DNA from: Eledone cirrhosa
Lineage: Eukaryota
Length of the DNA: 64,000 nucleotides
NCBI GenBank assembly: GCA_964016885.1
Contig: OZ024744.1
Location: forward strand, 28,644,001-28,708,000
Direction: 5' to 3'
Shown: positions 10,855 through 24,383 of the stretch, in pieces
How the letters are laid out: each line of letters opens with the position of its first letter
How positions within the stretch are numbered: the stretch's first letter is position 1
The notes under the pieces: model-generated
What the model saw: the letters and a program-made list of their open reading frames with translations, nothing else
Told to the model about the DNA's origin: nothing
The model's database searches: none
Made by a program: the position numbers and the translations under genes

Positions 10855-13420
10855 ATATTATAATGAAATGACAGGAGGCTGGACTTGTGTAAATCCTTGA
10901 AAGGTTTATTATACTATGATAATTTCAATGACCGGGTTCCGTATGAATCCGGTGATATCATCAGGTATTCGAAATATAATAAGTGAATGCAATAGATAAA
11001 ATCCATGGGGCTGAAAATCAAAGACTGGAGGACGACCGCCATCCAGCATCTTCCACTTTTGCCGGTAGCCCTCAAGTGACGTGGCTAAAGCTTACAGCGT
11101 GTTACTACCGGTCAAATAGAGGAAAACAGAAAGGGAGAGGAACATAAGTCAGCGTTATATCGTGCCACAAGAAAAAAGAAAGAAGAGAGAAGAAGGGGGA
11201 AGGAAGAAAAGGAAAAAGAGGAAGAAGAAGAAGAAAAGTCAGGGTTAATGTCCAGCTACTTTTTACTCCTCTTATTCGGACTTTTACTCGCGTGTTCCCA
11301 TTAGCACACGACACTAGAATGTCTCCCCCTGGGAACATAAATACTGCAACCTGAACTATATTGTATTTCTCCTATGTCTTGATTTCTCCATCTTACTCCA
11401 CCACCACTCTTGTTGGTTTATTTATATCTTTATACCTTTGCTTTATTAATGTGCTTTTCCACGTATTCTACTTCTACGTGTCCATTTATTTATACTCCTC
11501 TTATTGGGACTTTTACTCACTTGTACCCATTAGCACACGACACTAGAATGTCTCCCCCGAGAACAATAAATATTACCCGAATATATCCCTTACTCTACAT
11601 CCCACTAGGATAACTTATAGAGGATCTATATAATACAATTAACGTTTCTTCATAGAAGACTCTCTTTAACTAAACCCCGCAACCCAAAACCTTAAAAAGG
11701 TTTTTTAAATGTTTAATTTTCAATTTTCTAATTGTTCAATTCTCAATATTCTTACTCTTTAATTTTATAATGTTATTCTGAATTCTTTCAACTTCATCCT
11801 ATAAATCTAAACAATAATTTAACGTTCCAACTTTCTGTCGGACTGTTGGGTTGGCTTTCCTAGCGGCGGGACCGTACCTCTGGCGCATAGGCCTACCTTG
11901 AGTGCTTGGGAAAATAAACTTCCCCGTCTTTCGGTAAATGAAACGACTCGGAGTGGTTTGATTCGCCCCAAGGGCCCGGCGCACAGGCGGTTTTTGACTG
12001 CCATATAGTACCTTTAAATTACAGATCTAATCATAACTTTTAGATGTATCACGCCACCCTCTACTTAAGCACCCCCCCCCCTCCCCGGGTAAATGAATAG
12101 TACTGGATTTGTACAAAGGTGGCCTAACGATGCGGGCTGACTTCCCGCCGGCGCACCTGAAGCCTGTTATACATTCCTAGAGTGCTCGGAAAAATTGATT
12201 TCCATATCTTTCGCTACGCGATATCACTCGGAGTGGATGGGCTGCGCAAGCCTATGGTCGCCGCATACTGTTTGACGGCTAAACAAAGACATAATCTTTA
12301 CTCTATAATAAAATTTAAGTTTCTTCATAAAAAACTCTTTCTTTGCTTAAACCCCGCAACCTTATAAATGTTAAACTGTTTAACTTTCAATTTTCTAATT
12401 TCTTTAATTTTATAATGTTAATATTAAAGATTAATTTTTTAACTTCATCCTATAAATCTAAACAAAAATGTAACGTTCCAATCTTCTGCTCACACATTAT
12501 CACATACAGACCCCCACTATATTTACCTCTGCTAAGATACGGGTCCCTTTGAAAATATTTTTTTCGCGCCATTCCTGGCCTGTCTGTAGTCTGACATTAG
12601 TACTGAACTTTCTTCCTCTTTCTTTCTGTCTGTCTTCTTGTAGCCATTAATCCTGACTTTTCTCTCTTTCCGTTTCTTCCTTCTCTTCCCTCTCCTTTCT
12701 GTCTTTCTTCTTGTGGCATGATATTAACGCTGACTTATCTCTCCCCCTTTTTTGTTTGCCTATATATGCCCGGTAGTAGTTGTTAAGATACGGGTCCCTT
12801 AGTATAAATTTTTTCGCGACATTCCTGGCCTGACTGTAGTTTGACATTAATACCGACCTTTCTTCCTCTTTCTTCCTGTCTTTCTCCTTGTAGCTGGACA
12901 CTAACCCTGACTTCTCTTCTTCTTCGTTTTCTTCCTTCCCCCTTCTCTCTTCTTTCTTTTTTCTAGTGGCATGATATTAACGCTGACTTATGTTCCTCTC
13001 CCTTTCTGTTTTCCTCTATTTGACCGGTAGTAGCACACTATAAGCTTTAGCCACGTCAATTGAGGGCGACCGGCAAAGTGGAAGATGCTGGATGACGATC
13101 GTCCTCCGGTCTTTGATTTTCAGCCCCATGGATTTTATCTATTGCATTCACTTATTATATTTCGAATACCTGATGATATCACCTGATTCATACGGAACCC
13201 GGTCATTGAAATAATCATAGTATAATAAACCTTTCAAGGATTTACACAAGTCCAGCCTCCTGTCATTTCATTATAATATTTAACTCCGTACTAGCACCAC
13301 CAACTACAAAAACAAAGACGGTTGAACTACTTTACGTTGAGTACTCTCCATATTATTACATTAAGATTGACCATACGGAATTGACCAGCTCTATCCAGTG
13401 GTGAACCTGAAACCTAAATA
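10855..13420 (+). mobile_element. ORF-less PLE-like element with about 400-bp inverted repeats and internal duplications
   Basis: 10855-11259 is inverted at 12890-13279, followed by a 3' extension; degenerate HHR CTGATGA...GGAACCCGGTC at about 13160-13212; internal duplicated blocks at about 11670/12330 and 12533/12784. Confidence 0.7.
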
Positions 13421-13422
13421 TA

Positions 13423-13459
<37 letters not shown>

Positions 13460-13465
<6 letters not shown>

Positions 13466-13895
13466 CTTTGCTGAAAAGAGAAGTAAGTGACATAGTCACT
13501 ACTTTAAAATAATAGTGTAAGGTCTTCAAAATGTTTTAAATTAAACATACAGTACATTGCCAAATAGACTATACATATATTCATGTATACATCGCTATTT
13601 CAGAGCACCAATCCTAATTTTCAACTCTTGCTGGACCGGCAATCGATCTGTATAATCAGTTCCTGATTATTACTGGAATTCTATAAGAATCCAGCCTCGA
13701 TAATTTTCGGCAAAGGTCGGCGAGTGCTAGGCTCTGATGAACACGAACAGTGTGAAACAGATCTGTCAGCTTATTTCCCTTCCTTTGTTGAAAAAAGAAG
13801 TGCCATAATCCCTACTTTAAAATAATAGCGCAAGGTCAAAAAAATGTTTTTAATTAAACATACAGTATATTCCCATATATACTATACATACATTT
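13460..13895 (+). mobile_element. Retrozyme-like element with about 120-bp direct repeats bracketing an HHR
   Basis: 13460-13585 resembles 13777-13895; related sequence at about 170-415. Confidence 0.65.
13729..13772 (+). ncRNA. Canonical minimal type I hammerhead ribozyme
   Basis: aggct-CTGATGA-acac gaaca gtgt-GAAAC-agatct-GTC-agctt: perfect core, palindromic stem III. Confidence 0.9.
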
Positions 13896-13896
13896 A

Positions 13897-14506
13897 TACC
13901 AATGAAAGTTGTAAGATCACTGATGAAGGAATAATTGTATTCATATGTAACCCATGTGCAACCACGCAGCTCTCCATTTTTCTCATATTTATATTTTTTC
14001 CTCAGCTGCGATTGTCTGTTTCTTTCTTACTGTTTCCCCTCTCTCTGTATCTCTCACCTTCTTTTTACCCCCTCTACCAGTCACACTATCTCTCGGCTGG
14101 CCTCTTCCTCACACTTCCACTCACTCAGTCTCCGCTTCTCCCCCCTCTCTCACTTCCGTCCGTTTGACCTGTGTGAAATACTTTTCTCGCTCCCATCTCA
14201 CCCATGTCGGATGGTCTGTATCTCTCGTCCATGAATTCACCAAGATTAAGCTTATAGATATCCTGTACTTGTTTCTTCCTATCTTTCCGTTGCAATACCA
14301 TCTTTGTTTGTTGACATGTCTCGCTCGCTTGACGCTATTATACTTGCCCCAATAACTTTATTTAGTTATTGCTCGCACCAACCAGAGGTATATGAGTTTT
14401 AAAGCGATGAAATACCAATGAAAGTTGGAAGATCACTGATGAAGGAATAATTTTATTCATATGTAACCCATGTGCAACCACGCAGCTCTCCATTTTTCTC
14501 GTATTT
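13897..14506 (+). mobile_element. Non-autonomous element with about 95-bp direct repeats
   Basis: 13897-13990 resembles 14413-14506; another partial copy at about 42820-43010. Confidence 0.65.
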
Positions 14507-14514
14507 ATATATAA

Positions 14515-14571
<57 letters not shown>

Positions 14572-14575
<4 letters not shown>

Positions 14576-14836
14576 TATGTGTACGTACATACATATATGT
14601 ATACAGACGTACAGCAGTATGTATATATATACCTACATGCACATATATATATATATATGTACGTATGGATTCACCGAACAATTATTATAATGCTCTGTGT
14701 GTTTGTAAACAAACATCCCGAATTAAGCCGTAGTGTCTAGCAACGATTGTTGTACGTATGTATGTACGTATACATACTTATATTTAAGTAACAGCCGTAC
14801 TAAGAGTGAGAAATGAAATTCCGTTTCATTTTTTCC

Positions 14837-14838
<2 letters not shown>
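14572..14838. repeat. Dispersed repeat; second copy at about 29900-30207
   Basis: Shared gtacgtatggattcaccgaaca...aagtaacagccgtactaagagtgagaaatgaaat. Confidence 0.75.
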
Positions 14839-14927
<89 letters not shown>

Positions 14928-15179
14928 GAGAGAGAGAGAGAAAATAACCTGCAGGATATTATGGAAATATTCCCAAATGATAACTTTGTAATGGGACTTA
15001 TGATGGATAAAAGACACGTAACTCCTTATGGAGACCTATGATTGCCGCCATGACACATAGTCTGTCTTGAGCACTTTAAATATGTCAGAGACCATCCCTC
15101 TCAAGATTTTGAACACTATCGATTTCTATCAAAGAAGAAGAAGAAAAATAGAGAGAGAAAGTGAAGAAGTGGCATAGAG

Positions 15180-15320
15180 GAAGTATCGACCCCAGTCTGA
15201 ATTGGTAATTTATTTTATAGACACCCCGGCAGGATTTGAATTCAGAACGTACAGATCCGGAACAAATACTACAAAATAATCTACTCGATGTTCTAACGAT
15301 TCTAACAATTCGCTGTCTGC
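15180..15320 (-). mobile_element. tRNA-derived SINE (octopus-type), degraded
   Basis: Minus strand has gttctgaattcaaatcc (B-box-like) and ctggggtcgat. Confidence 0.6.
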
Positions 15321-16247
15321 ACCAATGATAATAGGAACAAAAAATAGTCTGCAGCCAGCATACACAAGGTATATGTGCTAGATTAATTAATCTTAGATGC
15401 TTTCTTTTTAATCAGCAATATAATAAATGGCGTGTGTATTTGTCCGTCACACACTAGAGATGACTGAGAAAGGAAGGGGTGGCAGCGTTTAATATTCACT
15501 ACACCTGTGTGTCTATATGCGTTGTGAATTGGCTACATCCATTGTCTGTTGTGAGTATGTGAGTGTTTGTGTGTATGTATATATGTGTGTATGTGTACAT
15601 TATATTTATATAGAATATTTGTGTGAGGGTATATGTGTTTGAGTGTGTTTATTTAGAAAGATACATAAACAATAGAATTACAAACACACTCACATCTACA
15701 CATATATATATATAAACAGACACACTTAGAAAATATAATTATTACATACACACAGATCTATGTGATGTCTAAGATTTGTATCATTCGTGTCAGTGAGCTC
15801 GAAGGAACCAACCAACAAACCAACATCTCTTTTTTTATATTATGTATAGATATTACAATTAGTCGTCATTTTCGACGGCATGGGGCCAGCTACTCCGTAT
15901 ATATTCACCTCTACCGGGCAGCTGAACTCTGCAAAACTGTATGACAAAGGTTCACCGTACCATATAACAATATTAGGTCTGTTTTGTTTGCACTGAATTG
16001 CTGTTTTTATTAGAATATTCCAACAGAATTACCTTTTTCTTTTTTGGTAGATTTTAGGATATATTTCTGTTTCATTGGTATGAAACCTTCCCGAGAATAG
16101 CATTGTAAATGGTTTTAGAAAGAACGCCGAGTCTCGTGGGAAGCTAATATCTTGTTGATTATTGGACTGATATCTTCCATATTTCTATGGCACAGCCGAT
16201 ATTTTCTATCACACCACAGGTATGTAGAGGCACCATTATAGCTCTTG

Positions 16248-16462
16248 TGGACTGGCACTATCGGTAGTTCGTCGGACAACATGCTTAGCAGCATAGAATT
16301 ACGGCTCTTTATTTTCTGAGTTCAAATCCCACCGAGGTTAGCTTTGCCTCTCATCCGTATGAAGTCGATGAAATAAAGTATCAGTAATGCACTGGGGTCG
16401 ATTTAATCGATTTTCCCCTCCCCCGAAAATTTGCTGCACTTGTGCCTAAATCAGAAACCATT
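16248..16462 (+). mobile_element. tRNA-derived SINE (octopus-type)
   Basis: ctggca..atcg.tag head, gagttcaaatccc B box, ctttgcctctcatcc...ctggggtcgat.taatcga body. Confidence 0.75.
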
Positions 16463-16639
16463 ATCTCTCTTATTGGTTAGGTATTTAACAGTTATATTTC
16501 CTGTTTCCGAACAGCGATGGTATAGCTTTCCAGGTTCTATGTGATGTATCTATCATAGTTCCATGACAGGCTACACGTTATGCCCATGTTGATGGTGTGC
16601 CTGTGTGTCTGTGTGTGTGTGTATATATGTATGTATGTA

Positions 16640-17060
16640 CAACCTGTGGCATGGTCGGGTCGTCGGCGACTAAACCGGCAACCCTACCAAATTTACTTGG
16701 TAAGGGGAGTGATTTTGGACACCCTGCAGGACAAAAAACAAAAGCTGACAAAGGGCGGAAGAACTCATAAGAGTCAACGGCCATCGGAAAGTATTTAAAT
16801 GTGTATATACACATGTACCGCGCGGTTAAACCACTGGGAGTGACGGACCCCTAGCCTTTGTCAGGGCATTCTTCTAGGAGAAGGCAACTCAGGAAACTGG
16901 GATAACTCCGATATAAAACGTGGGGCTCAGTAATTACCGATGATGTTGATCTTTTCTTCTTTTCGGGTTATAGCTACTGTCGCTCAGAGAGTGGGATTGG
17001 CTCAGTGCACAGTCTTTCCTCACTTTAAAATATTTTCACGCACAAGCATTGGACGATAGA
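16640..17060 (+). mobile_element. Probable RTE-related 5' UTR or SINE fragment
   Basis: Contains tctaggagaaggcaactc, like motifs in RTE 5' UTRs; non-coding and GC-richer than flanks. Recognition only. Confidence 0.35.
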
Positions 17061-17132
17061 ATTAATTAATAATTATTAATAATGGTATATCGTGCAGTAG
17101 CCATACTCGATAACGAGGGGGCAGCCATCATG

Positions 17133-17164
<32 letters not shown>

Positions 17165-17269
17165 CATGTATGTATGTATGTGTGTTAGTTTGTATTTATG
17201 TATCTATGAATGTATGTATGTATCTTTGTTTGTAGGTATGCATGTATCTCTATATGTATGTATGGATGC

Positions 17270-17372
<103 letters not shown>

Positions 17373-17517
17373 TATGTGTATATATGTATATATATGCATA
17401 CACACACGTTTGTATAGAGATATGTTTATATGCACGTAATTGTATGTTTGGATACATATATGCATGTACGTATAGAGAAATGTATGTAGGTCTGTGTGGA
17501 TATGTATGTATATATAT

Positions 17518-17561
<44 letters not shown>

Positions 17562-17567
<6 letters not shown>

Positions 17568-18240
17568 TATGAAGAGAGAAGAAACATTTAGATATAATTA
17601 GTAATAAAATGAATCATACCTAAACTGCTCCTAGATTCCTCGACTACGTAGTTTCGTGGCATAAACAAAAACAATACATCATAAAGATATAGAGTCCTTG
17701 CGAGGTCTGCCGACTTATCAAGAGGATACCTCGTTTTACTAGCTTCAAGAACGCGTCTACATGACGTGAGAAAGAATTCCAAAAGGCGGAGGGGGAGATA
17801 GTCACGCGATATAACGGTCGAGAAACAGAGCTAAGCTTCTTATAACCCCGAAGAAAATACCACGGAGGCGGAGGGGGTATTTATATCGAAGCCGTAGAAG
17901 AGGTGGTGAAGGAGGCGAGAAGTATGAGTAATGGCAGCTTTCCAGCAGTCACCACACTTCAAAGATTACTCGACCAGAGGGAGTTATGAACAATATATTT
18001 AGAAACACACAGATAAATGCGGACACATACATATACATATACTACGTAGTCGAGGAATTTAGGAGCAGTTTAGGTATGATTCATTTTATTACTAATTATA
18101 TCTAAATGTTTCTTCTCTCTTCATAATGTATTTTTAACTCTGATACTGGTTCAGTCTAGTTCAACAGGATTGGTCTGTCCCAGTCATTCATCGAGCAACA
18201 TCGGTAAGGTTGGCACCATTAACTCACGGTTGGGTGTGGA
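17562..18240. mobile_element. Non-autonomous PLE derivative with about 90-bp inverted repeats
   Basis: 17562-17652 is inverted at 18041-18131; (TA)n flank; HHR at 17637-17726. Confidence 0.75.
17637..17726 (-). ncRNA. Hammerhead ribozyme, U3-A8 variant, extended stem II
   Basis: Minus: tcctc-TTGATAA-gtcggca...tgccac-GAAAC-tacgta-GTC-gagga. Confidence 0.75.
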
Positions 18241-18287
18241 TGCATTCATGTATATGTGTGTGTCCGCATGTATCTGTGTGTTTCTAA

Positions 18288-18354
<67 letters not shown>

Positions 18355-18390
18355 ATATGTATATATATATATATGTGTGATGTATGTATC

Positions 18391-18532
<142 letters not shown>

Positions 18533-18699
18533 GAACTTGTGATAACCGAAGAACTTTCGAAACTAGGAGGATTAATTTCTGTGAAACTAATTTTTTAAAA
18601 AGACTAGAAATATAAAATAATGCGAAATGAAGAAAAGAAAAGGGAAGAAGGTTAGGATTGAGTGATTAGGGGTTGGGTGGAGGAGGAGGAGGAGGAGGA

Positions 18700-18756
<57 letters not shown>

Positions 18757-19619
18757 GGGAAGAAGATGCACGAGGTGGCGGAGGTCATGAAATCGCTCCC
18801 GTAAGTTTTGAATTTTTAACATATTTAAATCATTTGTGAAATAACAACTCTTAGTACAAATGCTACGTAAAGCACCCGGCTTGAGCCCCCAAAAATTCGG
18901 ACCCAAAATATATTGTTATAAGGCTCAAATATTCAAATATTCAACTTTGTATTGTACACTGTATATCCAAAAAAGAAAATGGCTATAAATGGAAGAAGAA
19001 CCCCCCCCCCTCCTCTCCTCTGTCTACACTATATAGAACAGCCAAACTCACCAACACCAGAAACTAGATACACCATCCACCTCATCACCTGTGTACACTA
19101 AACACAACAACCAGATAACGGCAATTTCACCACCACCGCTCACTACTGCCATCATTACCACCACTATCCCATCACCACTCCTTCACTCCTTCACTGCTAC
19201 CACCGATACAACACCATCACCACAGTAATACGATCACATCGCCACCACCACTGCCTCGGTATCGACATCACCACCACCACTGTCTCAGTATCGCTACCAC
19301 CGCCAGTTATCCACTACTCCCAGCTGGCTGCTGCCACCACATTATAGAATTCCTACTACTAAAAAAGAGGAAGGCATCAAAATAAATATATAGATAGACT
19401 CAAAAGAAAAAAGAAAAAACAAACAACAAAACCAAAGCAGCACAGCAACCACAGCAAAAAACGAGAAAAACAAACAGAGAAAAACAAAAACAAAAAACGT
19501 AAAGAAAATAAGAATGAAGAGAGAAGCAGGCGGACGGACAGAGAAGAGGGGGGAAAAACTAAAACTAAAAAAACAAAAACTAAGTCAGACATTCGAACAC
19601 TACATTACAATGAAACTTA

Positions 19620-22600
19620 TGCTTATTCATTTTTGGGGCCCTTTCTGCCTGTGTGTTTGTTTGTTTATGTGTGTTCGTATACAGCGTGGTGATAATGCCA
19701 CACAAGGGCCAAGTGGAACGGCGAATCCACAGATGGCTATGTAACCATACATTCGCCAATCCTCGATAAGAGTGTTTAAATATCGAACATAAACTGTTCG
19801 AATAACGGTGAAATGGAGACTAGAACGTCATGTGACAGACTCTCACCCAACAGGTGCCCCCTGGCTCAGCAGCAGGAACCTGACTGTCAACCACATACTG
19901 CTGATGTTGGAGGAAGAAGAAGGAAAGGGGCCAGAACCAACTGGACTAAAGAATTGAATAGAACTGTTATGCAATGTTACCTGAAAAGTAACCCCAAGGA
20001 GAGGGGCTACAGGAGACGGATGCATAACATCTGGAACGAGATTGGTCTATTTAACAGATGAACAAAAATTGGCCAGGCAGGCTCGGGTAATAAGAACTAA
20101 TGGGTGGATAAGCGAGCTGGAAATGGAGGAACTGAGCAGAGAGAATGGCTTGGAGATGGCGGGTGTAGTATGCCAGACAAGCGAGCCAGTGGGAAATGAA
20201 GGTGAAGAGGTCCCGAGAACGGAGGAACCACCCGAAGCAGACAATGGTCTGAATACTGAGATAAATAATACCTGGAACAGAGATACGGCCACTGAGGAGA
20301 TGAATGCTGACGGGCTAGGACAAGATTCGGTTGACATCCTAAATTTAGTGGTAGATGAATTGAACAATGATAGTGGGAGACCTATGAATCTAAGATTTGT
20401 AGACAGGAAAAAGTTAAAAGAAACAACAGCTAAGGTAAACAAAGTCATCCCATACCTTGAGGCGAGGAGCCTTCACCAGTGCAACAATATCCTCAAAGCA
20501 ACAGCAAATACGGTGAGGAAACTACTTGGTATAAAAGCGAGAGGAAACAACAGACAAGAAAGAGCAGAGCCGTGGTGGAAGAAACGACTGAGTGGTCAAA
20601 TCGGGGAAATGAGAAATGACATAGGAAAGCTTGAGTCACTACTGAATGGGACACTAAAAAACATAGACACTAAAAATAGACTGGAAATAAAGTACAAAAC
20701 TAGGAGGAAAAAGCTAAATATTATCATAGAGGAACTGAAGCAACGCATTGTAGCAAAGAGTGCAAAAATCAGGCGATACGAGAACAGAGTCAGTCAGTAT
20801 AAACAGAACCGCATGTTCGACAACAACCAGAAGATGCTGTTTGGACAGCTTGAGGGGAAAGAAAGAGGCAACGACTTGATCCCTGGGGCGGAGCAAACTA
20901 AAACATTCTGGAGATGAATATGGGAGCAGGATGTTAGACATAATGTCCAGGCAGGGTGGATTGAGACAGTACAGAGGGAGATCGGTGAGCAGGCACACCA
21001 ACAAACTGATTTGAGTATCACAGTTGAAACTCTTAAGGGGCAGGCCAAAAAACTAACCAACTGGAAATCACCAGGCCCAGATGGTGTGCAGGGGTATTGG
21101 ATTAAAAATTTAACATCCCTCCACCCGAAGCTGACGGCCATGTTCAATGACTGCTTGATGTCAGGTGAGGTACCAGAGTGGTTGACAAAAGGTACCACAG
21201 TTCTGATAATGAAAGACCGAATCAAGGGTAATGATGTTACCAACTATAGACCTATCACATGTCTGTCCGTAATGTGGAAACTGTTGACGAGCATTGTGTC
21301 TGAGGAAATCTACCATCACCTCCACACAAACAACTTGTTACCGGACGAACAGAAAGGATGCCGAAAGAAGTCACGTGGTACAAAGGACCAGTTACTTATT
21401 GATAAGATGGTAATGTGGAATTGCAGGAGGAGACACTCTGATTTTGCCATGGGTTGGATAGACTACAGAAAGGCATTTGACATGGTGCCTCATTCTTGGA
21501 TCACCAAAAGCCTGGAGATCTTCAGGGTGGCAGATAACATCAGACAGTTGCTGGGCAGGAGTATGGGGTCCTGGGAGACAGAGTTGACATCAACTGGAGT
21601 ATCCTTGGGAAGCGTGAAGATCAAGAGAGGTATCTTCCAGGGAGATAGCCTGTCCCCTCTGTTGTTTGTCCTTGCCCTGATGCCCCTGACCATTATGCTG
21701 CGAAAAGTGAGAGCAGGATACAAGTTGGGAAAGGGAGAGCTTACCATCAATCACCTCCTCTTCATGGACGATCTTAAGCTCTTCGGGAAAAGTGAGAAGG
21801 AGTTGGATGTGCTTGTTGACACTGTCCGTATTTTCAGCAGTGATATATGTATGCAGTTTGGTATTAGTAAATGTGGAGTCATTGTGATGAGGAGGAGTAG
21901 GTTGAGCAGAAGTAACGGGATCCAGATACCAACAGGTGAGATGATAAAGGAAATTGACTCTGAGGAAGGATACAAGTATTTGGGCGTTCTGGAGGCTGAT
22001 GGCATAAAGAACAAAAAAATGAAGGAATTGTTAAGAACTGAATACATTCGGAGAGTAAGGAGCGTATTGAAGTCGCATCTGAACAGCAGAAATGCCATAA
22101 GCGCAGTAAATTCCCGAGCTGTGTCTATTATTAGGTACAGTGCGGGAATTCTGAGATGGAATGTTGCTGAACAAAAAGAAATGGATAGGAAGACTAGGAA
22201 GCTATTGACTATCTACAACATGTTCCACAAGAGGAGTGATGTCGATAGACTCTACCTAAGGAGATCTGAGGGTGGAAGAGGTCTTATCAGCATAGAGGAC
22301 TGTGTTCAGGTGAAGAAAAACAACCTATACAAATACGTGACTGATAGTAAGGAGCCAATGCTCAGAACTGCACTGAAGGAGGGGACAGTAGGCCAGGGGA
22401 TGTCCAAGGAGGAAATAACATCAAGGAGGAAGAGCAGCCTTAAGGGAAAATCCCTTCATATTACCTTCTTTGAGAAAACTGAATTTAGAGATCCACAGAC
22501 ATGGAACTGGTTGAGAAGAGGAGACCTCAAAAAGGCTACAGAAGGAATGCTAATGGCTGCGCAGGAGCAGGCCCTCAAAACGAAGTGGTTGAAGCACCAT

Positions 22601-23312
22601 ATTTACAAGGAGGAGGCTAGCCCACTGTGCAGGATCTGTGGAGAGAGAGAGGAGACTGTGGCTCACATTGTGTCCGAGTGTAAACACCTAGCCCAGACCC
22701 ACTATAAGGGCTGGAGACACGATGTGATGGGCAGGGTGATCCACTGGCACCTGTGCAAAGTAAATAGTTTACCACATTCTGAGAAATGGTATGAGCATAG
22801 GCCAGAGGCGGTGATGGAGAACAATCAGGTGAAGGTGCTGTGGGATTTTAGGATACAGACGGACAAGAAACTGGAACACAATAGACCTGACCTGGTGGTT
22901 GTGGACAAAGAAAAAAGATCGTGTCTGATTGTGGATGTGGCCTGCCCGTTCGACACGAGAGTGCAAGAGAAGGAGAGGGAGAAAATTAACCGATACCAGG
23001 ACCTAAAGTGGGAGGTGAAAAGGATTTGGAACTGCCATGAAGTCAAAGTGATCCCGATTGTCATAGGCGCACTGGGGACTATCTCCAAAAGTTTCTAGGG
23101 ATGGTTAAAGAAAATCGGCCCCGTCACGCTTTTTGGAACGCTTCAAAAGGCATGCTTGCTTGGAACAGCAAGAACCCTCCGATACGTCCTGAATATCTGA
23201 GGCTGCAGGTAGTGGCTTGATATTCATTCCAACGGACTTTCCAGTTAACCAACATCAATGACTGAGATTCAAGGAATAACAACAATAATAATAATAATAA
23301 TAATAATAATAA

Positions 23313-23361
<49 letters not shown>
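19620..23361 (+). mobile_element. R4/Dong-clade non-LTR retrotransposon (RT plus restriction-like endonuclease), near full length
   Basis: Single broken ORF, short 3' UTR, then (TAA)n at about 23277-23361; 5' boundary approximate. Confidence 0.85.
19813..23200 (+). pseudogene. R4-type ORF with one frameshift (about 20050) and two stops (20915, 23096)
   Basis: KSPGPDG, YRPITC, IDYRKAFD, QGDSLSP, FMDD; CRIC...HIVSEC; RHD; RPDL...DVACP...KINRY; after the TAG the frame continues LQKACLLGTARTLRYVLNI-stop. Confidence 0.9.
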
Positions 23362-23402
<41 letters not shown>

Positions 23403-23418
23403 GAAGAAGCAGAAGAAG

Positions 23419-23447
<29 letters not shown>
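23277..23447. repeat. (TAA)n then (GAA)n compound microsatellite
   Basis: Direct. Confidence 0.95.
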
Positions 23448-23449
<2 letters not shown>

Positions 23450-23656
23450 GAGTGCATAAGCTATGAGATATAGTCCCCGCTGAGAATACATGTGTGCAAG
23501 TAAATAAAAGAAATCCAATCACCGGGTCACATGACTGACCACTTCCTTTCGTGCTGGTCACCATCGAGGTCTTCAGTGTTCTCAGTCCCCAAACTGATTT
23601 TTTCCTCCTCGTTAGTGTAGCACCCTTGAAGAAGGATTCCAGTGATGTGGAGTGAC

Positions 23657-24012
23657 TGATGACGTCGACTGAGGAAAGAAGGGGTGATGACGTCGACTGA
23701 GGAAGGAAGGGGTGATTACGTCGACTGAGGAAGGAAGGGGTGATTACGTCGACTGAGGAAGGAAGGGGTGATTACGTCGACTGAGGAAGGAAGGGGTGAT
23801 TACGTCGACTGAGGAAGGAAGGGGTGATGACGTCGACTGAGGAAGGAAGGGGTGATGACGTCGACTGAGGAAGGAAGGGGTGATGACGTCGACTGAGGAA
23901 GGAAGGGGTGATGACGTCGTCTGAGGAAGGAAGGGGTGATGACGTCGACTGAGGAAGGAAGGAGTGATGACGTCGACTGAGGAAGGAAGGGGTGATGACG
24001 TCGACTGAGGAA
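23657..24012 (+). repeat. 28-bp minisatellite, about 12.5 homogeneous units
   Basis: Unit GACGTCGACTGAGGAAGGAAGGGGTGAT; period 28 (23717, 23745). Confidence 0.95.
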
Positions 24013-24300
24013 GAGCGTCTATCAAGTAGTGAAGTGGTTGGGCATATGCCGACCTACATCACTACAGGATTGTTATACATGGCCAGCGACATATCACAGT
24101 GATTGCATAACTGTTCCAATGATTGCGTAATACGTCCGAAACTTTAAGACCCTCTTCCTGCTATTTCAAGCGTTAAATTAATATATTGTACCGATTGTGT
24201 TGTTATTTTTGTTTACCTTCTACCCTTCTACACACACACTCACACACACGCGCACACGCACGCACGCACACACAAATACAGACAGAAGACCCCCCCCCCT

Positions 24301-24382
<82 letters not shown>

Positions 24383-24383
<1 letters not shown>

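Noticed and set aside
16248-16340. tRNA gene
   Set aside because: A/B-box-like head continues into a SINE body with several decayed copies; no cloverleaf.
19630-19735. Canonical HDV-like ribozyme at the R4 5' end
   Set aside because: Helices exist and GCGAA is present, but L3 and P1.1 cannot be fitted.
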